Made by a program: the position numbers and the translations under genes
NCBI GenBank assembly: GCA_964510885.1
Contig: CAZEDL010000005.1
Coordinates: forward strand, 16,053-80,052
Source of the DNA: an uncultured Gammaproteobacteria bacterium
GTDB taxonomy: Bacteria; Patescibacteriota; Patescibacteriia; Magasanikbacterales; GWA2-37-8
Length of the DNA stretch: 64,000 nucleotides
Direction: 5' to 3'
Shown: piece after piece, positions 30,516 to 40,417 of the stretch
Numbering within the stretch: the first letter of the stretch is position 1
Layout: each line of letters starts with the position of its first letter
Notes under the pieces: model-generated
Database searches by the model: none
What the model saw: the letters and a program-made list of their open reading frames with translations, nothing else
Told to the model about the DNA's origin: nothing

Positions 30516-31243
30516 TTAGAAGGGGACGAACACCGCCGCGCAGGCCACGATCGTGAGCAGGAAGAGAAAGGCCGCGCAGATCAAGACGATCGGCAGCCAG
30601 TTCCGACGAGAAACGCAGGGCGTTTCCTGGGTGATCATGCGGGGCTGGATGATAGCCTGGACATCTGCTGTGAGGGCGGCATTCCCGACGGTCTCGCGCT
30701 GCGCCAAAGGGATAGCAGGCAAACTGATCGTGTCGCGGCGCACCAGCGGCAACGCAGCCGTCTGGGACCGACTCAACTCAGCAGCCCTGTAGGCCCCAAG
30801 CACCTCGGCAGCCAGCTGATGAGCCTGGCGATCAAACTCATCCTCCACCGCCTGGAGAGCTGCCTGGCGCTTCTGCGCCATAAGCTGGCAGGCGGCCTCA
30901 CAGCTAGCCGTCAACTCACGCTGGAACTTTTCCTCGAGCTGCACGTAGTCAGCACAGAAATCGTCGTCCACACGCTGTCTAATCGGGCCGACCAGATCAT
31001 CATCCACACGCTGGATCTCAGGGTACTGACGGAGTATCTGCTCCACAGCCGCTTCAACCCGCACATCTATTTCAGCGCGCTCTTCTAAATAGGATGCTTG
31101 GGCACGCGCTTCGATCAAGGCAAGAACTGCAGCCAGCAGATAATCCTGGCGCCTCTCTTCGAGCGCCAAGACATCGGAGAGCGTGGGCAACTCGACTTTG
31201 GTAGCAGGCTCGATTGTAGAAAAAACAAGCGTCTTGCTGGACA
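30516..31243 (-). CDS. hypothetical coiled-coil protein with a C-terminal TM anchor, GC-rich
   Basis: SD ggagga 6 nt upstream of ATG 31243, Glu/Ala/Arg/Gln-rich sequence, C-terminal TM segment LPIVLICAAFLFLLTIVACAAVFV. Confidence 0.5.
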
Positions 31244-31516
31244 TGTGGGACTCCTCCGGACTTCCTGGGGTTAAAATGCTACGCGACAATTATTAATCGC
31301 CGCACGGTTTAAATCGACACCATCAACTTAAACCGGGCAGCGAAACTATCAAAGAACACTAGTATCTAAGCCAAAATAGTAACAAAACTACCACTAGACA
31401 CTAACTGCTCAGTATAGCACATTTTAAAGAATTTGTCAATACTATTTGACATTGTTTTATCTAATATTAGCCAAAAAATCTTTCCAACTCCCCCTAAAAA
31501 AGCACCTCTAGATTGC

Positions 31517-31611
31517 TTGCCTTTAAAATAGCGCTATGTTAAAATGTACCCACGTAACACGTACCACATAGCACGTAACAATTGATATGTGTTACGTGCT
31601 ATGTGGTACGT
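31517..31611 (+). promoter_or_regulatory. promoter TTGCCT-17-TAAAAT followed by a perfect 22 bp inverted repeat (operator or RNA hairpin)
   Basis: Arms acgtaccacatagcacgtaaca (31559-31580) and tgttacgtgctatgtggtacgt (31590-31611), with a 9 nt spacer, lie immediately downstream of the -10 element. Confidence 0.4.
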
Positions 31612-31729
31612 GATACGTGTTATGTGACAAACAACTTCCAACCCTCCTAAATTCCAATCTTTCTAACCCCTAAAAACTAAAACCTGGCACTTCCTACCAG
31701 CTATAAGCTAATTCCTACCCCCTAACGCT

Positions 31730-32347
31730 ATGCACCTCACCTGGCTTGGCCAAACCGCCGTTAAACTGCAAACCAAAAACGCCGATCAAGACGTCACTAT
31801 CCTCATCGACCCATACAAACCTGCTGCCGGTGATTTTCCGCGCAGCCTGTCGGCTGATCTGGCCCTATTCTCGCGCGGCGCCGACGGCTCGATTACGCTC
31901 ACCCAAGACCCGTTCATTCTCGAAACCTTAGGCGAACTGGAACGCTTTGGAGTTTTGCTCTCCGGCTTCGCCGGGCCAGATGGCACCGTAATTTTCAAAA
32001 TCACGGCCGAGAATATTTCGGTCGTGCATATTGGGGCGATCAAACACACTCTGTCCGCTGATTTAATCGACAAACTAGGCAAAATTGATGTGCTGTTTAT
32101 TCCGGCCGGTGGCACTCCGAATTATCTTGAATCTGAAAGTGCCAGCAAATTAGTCACCGATCTCGAACCCCGGGTCGTAATCCCCTTTGCGACGAACAGC
32201 GATTCCGACCCATCGGCAAAACCGATCGAACCATTCCTCAAAGAACTTGGCCTGAAACCCGAAGGCACCGAAAAAAAATTAGTGCTCAAAGCCAAGGATC
32301 TGCCCCAAGCCGATACCAAGCTCTGGGTGCTGGAAAAAAATGCTTAA
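31730..32347 (+). CDS. metallo-beta-lactamase-fold protein (UPF0173-like) with a degenerate metal-binding motif
   Basis: MHLTWLGQTAVKL...ILIDPY... shows the MBL fold, but the position of HxHxDH reads SRGADGS. Confidence 0.65.
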   Translation: MHLTWLGQTAVKLQTKNADQDVTILIDPYKPAAGDFPRSLSADLALFSRGADGSITLTQDPFILETLGELERFGVLLSGFAGPDGTVIFKITAENISVVHIGAIKHTLSADLIDKLGKIDVLFIPAGGTPNYLESESASKLVTDLEPRVVIPFATNSDSDPSAKPIEPFLKELGLKPEGTEKKLVLKAKDLPQADTKLWVLEKNA

Positions 32348-32485
32348 GGCCTGCCTATAGTGGCATGTCAAAATGTCATTCCTTATCAAGACCAGGAATG
32401 CATTACTCACTTTTGCTGATATATTGTGAATTCCTGGTGCCGCGCGCGAATGACAAGGTAAATTTTGGAATGAGTTCTATATTGT

Positions 32486-33037
32486 ATGTCTCCTAAAAAA
32501 AGGCAAACCAAAAAAAACAGCCCTGTTAAAAACCGCTCCAAAAAAAAGACGAGCGCCGCCCCAATGCCAAGCCTGATGTTCAATGACACCTTTTCTGAAA
32601 GCACCCCCCGCTCACCCCTCTCGCTCCCCAGCAGCTCCGATTTTCTTTTCGAGTCCGACAGAACAAGCCCGCGCCAGCCACGCTATTCCAATTATTCAAG
32701 CGAAGCTAAACGCTATCTATACGCCGGCGTTATACTGATCAGTGCTATTATCTTTGTCCTGTGGGGCTGGTCACTCAAAAAACAAATCGGCTCAATAAAC
32801 TGGGCCGATCTGCCGGAGAAAAAAATGCTTGCCGCCCGGCCCACCGACTGGGACTCAATGTTTGCAGAGCGCGAAGCCAACCGATCGGCACAAATTGCTA
32901 AAAATCAATTAAAAGAATTAGTGAACGCCCTGAGTACCGCGACCAGCACCAGCTCCACGCCCGCCACTACTAGTTCCACTGTCCCGGTTTCCAGCACACC
33001 AAAGACATTGCCGAGCAGTCAAAAAATTTCCCAGTAA
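32486..33037 (+). CDS. hypothetical single-TM protein with a basic N-terminus and Ser/Thr-rich C-terminus
   Basis: TM segment YLYAGVILISAIIFVLWGW. No recognised domain. Confidence 0.5.
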   Translation: MSPKKRQTKKNSPVKNRSKKKTSAAPMPSLMFNDTFSESTPRSPLSLPSSSDFLFESDRTSPRQPRYSNYSSEAKRYLYAGVILISAIIFVLWGWSLKKQIGSINWADLPEKKMLAARPTDWDSMFAEREANRSAQIAKNQLKELVNALSTATSTSSTPATTSSTVPVSSTPKTLPSSQKISQ

Positions 33038-33039
33038 TT

Positions 33040-33168
33040 TATATTTAATTTTCAATTCTCAATTTACAATTTTCAACCAATATAATAATTTTCAATTATT
33101 AAAAAATTAAATCATTGAAAATTGCTTGAAAATTGAAAATTATAAATTGAAAATTTCACTACTCCCGT
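33040..33168. repeat. AT-rich palindromic intergenic element (copy 4), ending ...gaaaatttcactactcccg immediately before the gyrA ATG
   Basis: Shares the caattttcaat/attgaaaatt arms and the right terminus with the copy at 508-649. Confidence 0.5.
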
Positions 33169-35634
33169 ATGCCCGAACAATCAAAACTCCTGACCGCTCC
33201 GATTGGTAAACTTACCCCCAGTCCGATCGTCGATGAAATCAAACAATCCTACCTCGAATACGCCATGAGCGTAATTATTTCGCGCGCGCTGCCCGATGTG
33301 CGCGACGGCCTGAAGCCCGTGCACCGCCGCATTCTCTATGCCATGTGGAAAATTGGCCTCAAACACAGTGCCAAATTCCGCAAATCCGCCAACGTGGTCG
33401 GTGAAGTGATGGCCAAATACCACCCGCATGGCGATTCCGCGATCTATGATTCGCTTGTGCGCATGGCCCAAGATTTTTCCATGCGCCATTTGCTGGTGCA
33501 TGGCCAAGGAAACTTTGGCTCGATGGACGGTGACTCGGCTGCCGCTATGCGTTACACCGAAGCCAAGCTGACTCCGCTCGCCGAAGAGATGCTGCTTGAT
33601 ATTGAAAAAGAAACCGTAAAATTCAACCCCAACTACGATGGTTCGCATGTGGAGCCAGCCGTACTCCCGACCAAAGTCCCGAACTTGCTTCTCAATGGCA
33701 CCATGGGTATCGCGGTCGGTATGGCCACCAGCATCGCCCCACATAATCTGAACGAACTGTGCGATGGCCTCGTGAAATTAATCGAGGAACCAAAAACGAC
33801 TGTAGAAGAATTAGCCGATATTATCAAAGGCCCAGATTTTCCGACCGGCGGTATTATCTATAGTAAAAAAGATATTCTGAGCGCCTATGCGACCGGCCGC
33901 GGCGGCGTCGTACTGCGCGCCAAAGCCGATATCAAAGAAGGCAAAACCGGCCAATTCCAGATCATCATCACCGAAATGCCCTACCAGGTGAACAAAGCCG
34001 AACTGATCGAAAAAATCGCCACCCTGGTACAAGAAAAAACCATCGAAGGCATCAAAGACCTGCGCGACGAAAGCAACAAAGACGGCGTCCGCGTGGTGAT
34101 CGAACTCAAAAAAGATTCGTATCCGAAAAAAATTCTCAATCAACTCTTCAAATTAACGGCGCTCCAAACCACCTTCCACTTCAACATGCTGGCCCTGCTC
34201 GACGGCATCCAGCCGCGCGTGTTGACACTCAAAAATATTCTGGAAGAATTTATCAAACATCGCCAGGTGGTCATTCGCGCCCGCACCGAATTTGACTTAG
34301 CTCGCAATAAAGAACGTGCCCATATCCTCGAGGGCTTGAAAATGGCTCTCGACCAGATCGATTTAGTCATTAAAACTATTCGCGCCAGCAAGGACAAGGA
34401 TGAAGCCAAGGCCGAGCTCATGAAAAAATTCAAATTCTCAGATCGGCAAGCTACCGCTATCCTTGAAATGCGCCTGCAACAATTAGCCAACCTCGAACGC
34501 CAAAAAGTTGAAGATGAATTAAAAGAAAAGAAAGCCATTATTAAAGAACTAGAATCAATCCTCGCTTCCGAAGCCAAAATCCTCGGCATCGTCAAAACCG
34601 AAACCCTCGATATTAAAGAACGCTTTGGCGAAGATCGCCGCACCCAAATTATCAGCCACGGCGTGAAAGAATTCACTGTCGAAGATTTGGTGCCGAACGA
34701 AGCCACCATTATCATGATCACGAGCGACGGCTATATCAAACGCCTCCCTCCTGACACGTTCCGCCAACAATCGCGCGGGGGCAAAGGGGTCATCGGCGTC
34801 ACCACCAAAGAAGAAGAGTCGGTGGAACAACTTCTGACCACGAATACGCACGACAATATCTTATTCTTCACCAACCGCGGTCGCGCCTTTCAATTATTCG
34901 CTTACGACATCCCGCAAGGCAGCCGCACTGCCAAAGGCCAAGCCCTCGTCAATTTCCTTCAGCTCGCTCCGAATGAAAAAGTCACCGTCATGCTCGGCAT
35001 GAGCGACATGAGCGCGTTCAAATTCCTCGTTATGGCTACCAGGCAAGGCTTGATTAAAAAATGCTCTCTCGAAGATTTTGCCAACGTCCGCCGCAGCGGT
35101 ATTATCGCCCTCAAACTTAAGCCGGAGGATCAAATGGAATGGGTACGCCCCTCCACCGGCAGCGATGAAATCATGATCGCCACCAAAGAAGGCCAGGCGA
35201 TTCACTTCGAAGAAAACGATGTCCGTGCCATGGGTCGCACCGCCGCAGGTGTCCATGGTATTCGCCTCCACGATAAAGATGAAGTCATTGGCATGGATGT
35301 CATTGACCCTAAGAATAAAAAAGTAGAATTTTTGACCATCGGCGAAAACGGCCTCGGTAAACTCACCGACATCGGCAGCTACAAAGTCCAGGGTCGTGGT
35401 GGCAGCGGTATCAAGACTGCTAAAGTGAGCGAAAAAACCGGCTACATTATCCACGGTAGCGCCATCGATACCGGCAACACCGAGAATCGCGATATCGTAC
35501 TCATGTCCGCCAAAGGCCAAGTAATCCGCATGCCGCTTAGCTCTATCCCTTCTTCTGGTCGCGCCACTCAGGGTGTACGCCTCATGCGCTTTAAAGAAGA
35601 CGGCGACAAGGTAGTGAGCGTGACGTTGATTTAA
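33169..35634 (+). CDS. gyrA: DNA gyrase subunit A
   Basis: ...[24 protein letters not shown]... (the active-site Tyr region) and C-terminal beta-pinwheel repeats. Antisense ORFs listed in the track within this span are spurious. Confidence 0.95.
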   Translation: MPEQSKLLTAPIGKLTPSPIVDEIKQSYLEYAMSVIISRALPDVRDGLKPVHRRILYAMWKIGLKHSAKFRKSANVVGEVMAKYHPHGDSAIYDSLVRMAQDFSMRHLLVHGQGNFGSMDGDSAAAMRYTEAKLTPLAEEMLLDIEKETVKFNPNYDGSHVEPAVLPTKVPNLLLNGTMGIAVGMATSIAPHNLNELCDGLVKLIEEPKTTVEELADIIKGPDFPTGGIIYSKKDILSAYATGRGGVVLRAKADIKEGKTGQFQIIITEMPYQVNKAELIEKIATLVQEKTIEGIKDLRDESNKDGVRVVIELKKDSYPKKILNQLFKLTALQTTFHFNMLALLDGIQPRVLTLKNILEEFIKHRQVVIRARTEFDLARNKERAHILEGLKMALDQIDLVIKTIRASKDKDEAKAELMKKFKFSDRQATAILEMRLQQLANLERQKVEDELKEKKAIIKELESILASEAKILGIVKTETLDIKERFGEDRRTQIISHGVKEFTVEDLVPNEATIIMITSDGYIKRLPPDTFRQQSRGGKGVIGVTTKEEESVEQLLTTNTHDNILFFTNRGRAFQLFAYDIPQGSRTAKGQALVNFLQLAPNEKVTVMLGMSDMSAFKFLVMATRQGLIKKCSLEDFANVRRSGIIALKLKPEDQMEWVRPSTGSDEIMIATKEGQAIHFEENDVRAMGRTAAGVHGIRLHDKDEVIGMDVIDPKNKKVEFLTIGENGLGKLTDIGSYKVQGRGGSGIKTAKVSEKTGYIIHGSAIDTGNTENRDIVLMSAKGQVIRMPLSSIPSSGRATQGVRLMRFKEDGDKVVSVTLI

Positions 35635-35778
35635 AACCATATATAAAAAACCATCCTAGTAGTGGATGGTTTTTTATATTGCCAAAAAGTCCTAAATAAA
35701 TACACTGTCAACCACCTTTGACTCTAACTTGTTTATATAGTATAGTTATGATCCCGAAATCACGGGGAAGGAGGCAAG

Positions 35779-36699
35779 ATGCCACGCTATCTACAGCTAC
35801 TGTTTTTCTTGGCAAGCCTGGTAGGCTGCGAAGCCTACCCTGACCACTGCAATAATAGACGGCTAGACCCCCTGGAAACGGGCACAGACTGCGGATGGGA
35901 ATGTCCCGGCTGCGGCCCGTCCGAAGCGTGCCGAGATCACACAGACTGCGCCTCCGGGCTCACCTGTCAGGGTAAGCAATGTCGAGAGGCGTTCTGCGAC
36001 ACCGCGGCCGACTGCGCGAACGGCGCCCCGTGCATGACCCCGGCACTATCGCCCGTCATGAGCGAGACCGGTCTGGTCACCGCCAAACAATGTCTGTGGA
36101 ACGAACTGTGTCGAAACGATCGCCAGGACCACCTTCTCGGCGAAACAGACATCGACTGTGGAGGGCCTTTCTGTCTGCTGCCCTGCCGAGTGGGGCAAAA
36201 ATGCGGCAAGCACCTCGATTGCGATAGCGGCACTCTCGTAGGAGACGTGCCGCTTGCCTGCGACTCACACAGTGAGTGCAGGCCGCGCCCCTGCATGCTC
36301 GACCATCAGTGCGATGACTTCTTCAACCCGCCAGATTGGAAAAGGCGTCCTTGGTACGCCTGCGTCGACGGCTTCTGCGCCGAGCATTCCTGCACGGACG
36401 GCAGGAAAAACGGCAACGAAAGCGACGTGGACTGCGGCGGGGGCACATCGTGCCCGCGCTGCGCGCCCGGAAAGATGTGCACGCTCGAGGGCGGCCCCAC
36501 CTGGGACTGCCAGGGCGGCGGCCTGTGCATCATGAATAGATGCACTGCGCCTACATGCGCTGATGGGGCTACAAACGGGAACGAAACCGACACCGATTGC
36601 GGCGGCGGAACGTGCCCGGGGTGCGCAAAAGACAAAAAGTGCGTCACCTCTGCCGATTGTGCCACCGGACTGACGTGCGTCTTGCGGCGCTGTAACTAA
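35779..36699 (+). CDS. Cys-rich repeat lipoprotein (306 aa, about 14% Cys), GC-rich
   Basis: SD ggaggcaag, lipobox LVGC, and more than 6 repeats of C-x-DG-x-x-NG-x-E-[ST]-D-x-DCGG-x-x-C-x-x-C-x-x-G-x-x-C. These resemble Myxococcales-type cysteine-rich repeats. Confidence 0.6.
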   Translation: MPRYLQLLFFLASLVGCEAYPDHCNNRRLDPLETGTDCGWECPGCGPSEACRDHTDCASGLTCQGKQCREAFCDTAADCANGAPCMTPALSPVMSETGLVTAKQCLWNELCRNDRQDHLLGETDIDCGGPFCLLPCRVGQKCGKHLDCDSGTLVGDVPLACDSHSECRPRPCMLDHQCDDFFNPPDWKRRPWYACVDGFCAEHSCTDGRKNGNESDVDCGGGTSCPRCAPGKMCTLEGGPTWDCQGGGLCIMNRCTAPTCADGATNGNETDTDCGGGTCPGCAKDKKCVTSADCATGLTCVLRRCN

Positions 36700-36824
36700 G
36701 CGGCGCACAAGCGCCCTAGCTGCCTAAAGCAGGCAGCACATCATTACCACTTTACCAGATGCGACCTGTCACTATTTTTAAACTAATGAAACTAGTGACA
36801 GCGTCTGGTAAATCCGGTAACTAC

Positions 36825-36857
36825 TAAAAAACACCCAGCCATGGCGGGGTGTTTTTA
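36825..36857. terminator. bidirectional terminator
   Basis: aaaaaacacccagccatggcggggtgttttt, lying between convergent genes. Confidence 0.5.
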
Positions 36858-36863
36858 TATTAC

Positions 36864-38036
36864 TTAACGACTAACTAAACCGCTCTTTAAAAACTGCCGC
36901 AACACTATAACTGCTTCCCGTAATTCACTCCCGGGCGCCCCAAATGACAACCTCACATACCCTTCAGCTCCAAACGCGCTCCCCGGTACCACCGCTACAT
37001 TTGCTTCCTGTAAAAGCCGTTCACAAAACCGGACAGAACTGGTTTCGGCACTACCGAGCTCGGGCAAACTGACAAACGCATACAGCCCCGCCGGAACGGA
37101 CGCTTGAACACCAAAATTATTCTTCAATTCATCGATCATAATTTTTCGCCGCTCGCTCATCGCATTTTTTACATACTCATTCACAGTTGCGCTGTCCCGG
37201 AGAGCCCCCACAGCTGCCCACTGACTAATACTGGCGGTACCCGTAGTACTCTGGCTCTGTACCGCAGAGAGCACGGTAATTATTTCTGGAGCCGCAAACA
37301 CCATGCCTACCCGCCACCCCGTCATCGCAAAATGTTTGGAAAAACTTTGAATTACGATCACCCGATCTTGGTACTCGGGGAATGACCCGAGCGAAACAAA
37401 TTCACCGTCATACGTTAATCCGCTGTATACTTCGTCCGCTATAACTAATAAATTATGCGTTCGAGCCAGCTGTAAAAAAGATTCCAATTCTGCCCGTGAA
37501 TACACCGTGCCCGTAGGATTAGCTCCATTATTAAGTATCAATACTTTAGTGTGCGCCGTAATCTGCGTTTCAATATCTTCGACGCGGGCTTTCCAGCCTC
37601 GGGATTCAGTGGTCGTTACTATCTGGGGCACCCCCTTAAAAATACGAACAATGCTCGGATACGATACCCAATAAGGCGCCACGATCAACGCGCCATCTCC
37701 CGCCTCAAGATACGCTTGGCACACGACATATACCCCAAATTTGCCCCCGCATGTAATCAAGGTGTTCTCTGGCGAATAGGCCGCAGCATAAGTATTACTC
37801 ATCCACGCCGCCGCAAGCTGGCGCAATTCTGAAATTCCAGGCGCCGGTGGATAGAGCGTCTTACCCGCACGCAGTGCTTCCTCGGCCGCCTTGATAATCG
37901 ATGGGTGTGGCGGCAGTATCGGCTCGCCCGCGCTCAAATTATAGACTCGTTCACCTCGCGCTTTTTTGGCCAAAGCTAAACTGTTGATAGTTACCGTGGC
38001 CGATGATTCTAAGGTTAAATGAGTTGAGAAAGACAT
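36864..38036 (-). CDS. PLP-dependent aminotransferase class I/II (aspartate/aromatic type)
   Basis: ...VIQSFSKHFAMTGWRVG... (the PLP-lysine motif SFSK). Confidence 0.85.
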   Translation of the reverse strand: MSFSTHLTLESSATVTINSLALAKKARGERVYNLSAGEPILPPHPSIIKAAEEALRAGKTLYPPAPGISELRQLAAAWMSNTYAAAYSPENTLITCGGKFGVYVVCQAYLEAGDGALIVAPYWVSYPSIVRIFKGVPQIVTTTESRGWKARVEDIETQITAHTKVLILNNGANPTGTVYSRAELESFLQLARTHNLLVIADEVYSGLTYDGEFVSLGSFPEYQDRVIVIQSFSKHFAMTGWRVGMVFAAPEIITVLSAVQSQSTTGTASISQWAAVGALRDSATVNEYVKNAMSERRKIMIDELKNNFGVQASVPAGLYAFVSLPELGSAETSSVRFCERLLQEANVAVVPGSAFGAEGYVRLSFGAPGSELREAVIVLRQFLKSGLVSR

Positions 38037-38141
38037 ACCCTTTTATAAAGCACATCCAGTATAACAGCTCATCTAGTTTCTGACTACCGGCCTTGCTTGT
38101 CAGGATTTGACAGCACATACCATCTTTGTTATCTTCAACAT

Positions 38142-38207
38142 ATGAGGCAAAACTATTTCAATAATTATTTCTTTGGCTTCTTTACCCGCCCCGGCCTGGA
38201 CGGTTGA
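38142..38207 (+). CDS. candidate 21-aa aromatic-rich mini-ORF (MRQNYFNNYFFGFFTRPGLDG), leaderless, followed by a terminator at 38231-38254
   Basis: The promoter TTGACA(38107)-17-TATCTT(38130) places the transcription start site at about the ATG. The hairpin ccgccc-acgcc-gggcgg plus T6 is 24 nt after the stop. Confidence 0.3.
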   Translation: MRQNYFNNYFFGFFTRPGLDG

Positions 38208-38367
38208 TTTGAGTTTATAATAATCTCAACGCCGCCCACGCCGGGCGGTTTTTTAATTGTCTAATTGGTGATCGTATTTCATTTCGGCAGGCATACTTTC
38301 TTCACGCGGGAACGCGCAGAGAAGTTCCTACCGAGATCGATCAGGTGACCAAAAAACGGAGATGCCC

Positions 38368-38517
38368 ATGAAAGATACAGATCAAACAAATAGAGATCCT
38401 TTCCCTACCGAGTCCACCTCCGAGACCAGCTCCCCTCCACAGAACAGGAGCAAGAAAGACGTGCCCCCGCACTGGTGGGGTGACTTCCTCCACGACCTGC
38501 CCTCCCCCTCTGAATGA
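38368..38517 (+). CDS. small acidic Pro/Ser-rich protein (49 aa), GC-rich cassette
   Basis: Weak SD acggag, followed by a perfect 10 bp hairpin gccgccagcg/cgctggcggc. Confidence 0.35.
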   Translation: MKDTDQTNRDPFPTESTSETSSPPQNRSKKDVPPHWWGDFLHDLPSPSE

Positions 38518-38655
38518 TCGAGAAACGGCCGCCAGCGCACCCCGAAATGTCGCTGGCGGCCCGCCCCTTACCTCAAAACAATTTTGAAAGGAGCATAATC
38601 CACCTTATCCACATACTTTAACTTGACAACATCCAGTATACTGAATAATATGTAC

Positions 38656-38673
38656 TTATGTACCAGTACATAA
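38656..38673. promoter_or_regulatory. perfect palindrome TTATGTAC-ca-GTACATAA 8 nt upstream of the TrpR-like gene start (candidate autoregulatory operator)
   Basis: Seen directly. GTAC/CTAG cores resemble Trp-repressor half-sites. Confidence 0.4.
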
Positions 38674-38680
38674 TATCTCT

Positions 38681-38956
38681 ATGAATACTAATCGGTACCA
38701 AAACGAGCTATTAGACTTGCTACTCAGTGTTAAGAATAAAAAACTCCTGCACGCACTACTTGCCGATTTGCTAACTCCGGCGGAATGGGATGATATAGTG
38801 CAACGCTGGCAAATCGTAAAACGTCTCCATGCCAGAATCCCACAACGCACCATTGCCAGACAACTGAAGCTTAGTATCACCAAGATTACCCGCGGCTCCC
38901 GCATGCTACTTAACCCCAAAGGCGGCTTTAACCAAATACTCAAAAAATATGACTAG
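38681..38956 (+). CDS. TrpR/YerC-YecD family DNA-binding protein
   Basis: ...LLTPAEWDDIVQRWQIVKRL...QRTIARQLKLSITKITRGS... aligns with the TrpR helix-turn-helix region (LTPDEREALGTRVRIV...ATITRGS). Confidence 0.75.
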   Translation: MNTNRYQNELLDLLLSVKNKKLLHALLADLLTPAEWDDIVQRWQIVKRLHARIPQRTIARQLKLSITKITRGSRMLLNPKGGFNQILKKYD

Positions 38957-39063
38957 CCTCAAAACCAATTTAACCAGCTGGCGACTGGTCATCCCTCCTG
39001 CCTAACCTATGGTACTTTTCTAAGTATAGAAAAGACCGGGGTTGGCCCGGTTTTTTAATTGAT

Positions 39064-39132
39064 ACAAATATCCCTTAACTCAGGAAGATCGATACGAAGA
39101 TCTTTCCGGTAGCTACTTTTAGGGATATTTGT
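39064..39132. repeat. nested hairpin with 12 bp perfect outer arms acaaatatccct/agggatatttgt and inner aagatc...gatctt arms
   Basis: Seen directly. It lies at the AT/GC composition boundary at the left edge of the GC-rich island. Confidence 0.4.
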
Positions 39133-39206
39133 TTGCTACCCACGAAAGATCTTCATATAGAGCCTTCCTGCCTGGAAGGCTCTTGTTCTTTAACAAGGAG
39201 TCTACC

Positions 39207-39413
39207 GTGACGGACAAAAAACCCACTCCGACCTGCCCAGACTGTGGACACGTCATCAACCCGCTCACCATTGAAAGCACAACGGAAAACATTGATAGCC
39301 CCTGGGGCATCATAGCCGTAAAGACGTACAGCCATTTCACCTGCCCCGGGTGCAAAATGCGGCAAAAAATCGAAACCAACCACGAATCAACCTGCATAAT
39401 CCAGATGTACTAG
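39207..39413 (+). CDS. small zinc-ribbon protein (CPDCG...CPGC)
   Basis: SD aaggag upstream of a GTG start. Its stop overlaps the SD of the next gene, suggesting translational coupling. The start coordinate is accurate to about 1 nt. Confidence 0.45.
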   Translation: MTDKKPTPTCPDCGHVINPLTIESTTENIDSPWGIIAVKTYSHFTCPGCKMRQKIETNHESTCIIQMY

Positions 39414-39421
39414 GAGGCCCC

Positions 39422-40375
39422 ATGAACCCCTACCGACCACTCGGAGCCCTGAGCGATTTCGTCGTCACTGAGCTTCCCGAGGCCTCTGGCTCGGACTGCT
39501 GCCGTGCCGTTGAAGCCTATCAAAACGACCCTGTTCTATCAGGCGAATCACGGACGCTCGCGGCGCTTGACGCGACCATGCTCGAAGCCAAAATCGTCGC
39601 CTCCGGAGAAGCGGTGCCCGCGGGACTCACCGCGCTGGTCGACCAGCTCACCCTCCCCGGTGTGCCTGGCCTCACCTATGAAGGGCTAGTGCTAGTGAAC
39701 CCACTTCATGATCTGCGCCGCTTCACCTGCGGCACAATCGGCGTGACAGAAGCCCTGTTCTACAACCAGCACCGGCTGATCGAAATTGCTCTCTCTGCAT
39801 CGCTTGACCTCATCGAAAACGCCCGCGAATCATTAGAGAGCGGAGCGTCGTGGACACAAGCGGCTCCAGTGCTACAGGAAGCGAAGGAACAGGCCTTCAG
39901 CACACTGATCACCGCCATGGATCGCCTCGCCACGATGCCCAAAGACCACTTTGCCGTCTTTCGCCGCTATCTGGGGAGCCATCCGACCCGCGGCATCAAA
40001 GGTCCCAGCGGCGCTTTTTCCGCCACTCTCCCCACGCTCGAACTCGAGATTCGCGGGCAAGTACAGGCAGAACTGATCGCCTATCTCACGGATAACTGGC
40101 AGTACTTTCCCAACCGCGATCAGCCCCAACTGGCGGCCGCACTGCAGCGCTCAGCTACAGGCAGAACCCTTCGCCACTTGGCCCAGCAAACAGGCGGAGC
40201 CGCTGCCACCGAAATGCTGCAAGATATGGTGAACCTGCTACGACAATGGCGCGGCCATCACTATCGAGCAGTCCGCCGACAGATTCCCGAAGCCGTCTCC
40301 GGCTCCCTAACCGGTACCGGAGGCGAGGCTAACCCCGGCGCATTCCTGCGCCAACGGATGAGCGAGACAGTTTGA
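39422..40375 (+). CDS. TDO-superfamily heme-dioxygenase-like protein
   Basis: SD aggagg. ...FYNQHRLIEIAL... resembles the TDO distal-His helix (FIIQHQTSELW), and ...WRGHHYRAVRRQI...TGTGGEANPGAFLRQ resembles the TDO proximal region [30 protein letters not shown]. Confidence 0.5.
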   Translation: MNPYRPLGALSDFVVTELPEASGSDCCRAVEAYQNDPVLSGESRTLAALDATMLEAKIVASGEAVPAGLTALVDQLTLPGVPGLTYEGLVLVNPLHDLRRFTCGTIGVTEALFYNQHRLIEIALSASLDLIENARESLESGASWTQAAPVLQEAKEQAFSTLITAMDRLATMPKDHFAVFRRYLGSHPTRGIKGPSGAFSATLPTLELEIRGQVQAELIAYLTDNWQYFPNRDQPQLAAALQRSATGRTLRHLAQQTGGAAATEMLQDMVNLLRQWRGHHYRAVRRQIPEAVSGSLTGTGGEANPGAFLRQRMSETV

Positions 40376-40417
40376 AAAAATCGCTCATCCGTCTCACCCC
40401 CAACCGCAGAGGCATCC

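Noticed and set aside
33181-35640. Long antisense ORFs inside gyrA (33181-33744, 33811-34143, 34140-34721, 34555-34851, 34894-35640, all on the - strand)
   Set aside because: They are on the opposite strand of a highly conserved gene, which is a typical artefact of GC-skewed codon usage. No start signals were seen.
35967-36708. Several GC-rich ORFs overlapping the Cys-rich lipoprotein gene on both strands
   Set aside because: High GC suppresses stop codons in all frames. Only the + strand frame with SD, lipobox and repeat structure is credible.
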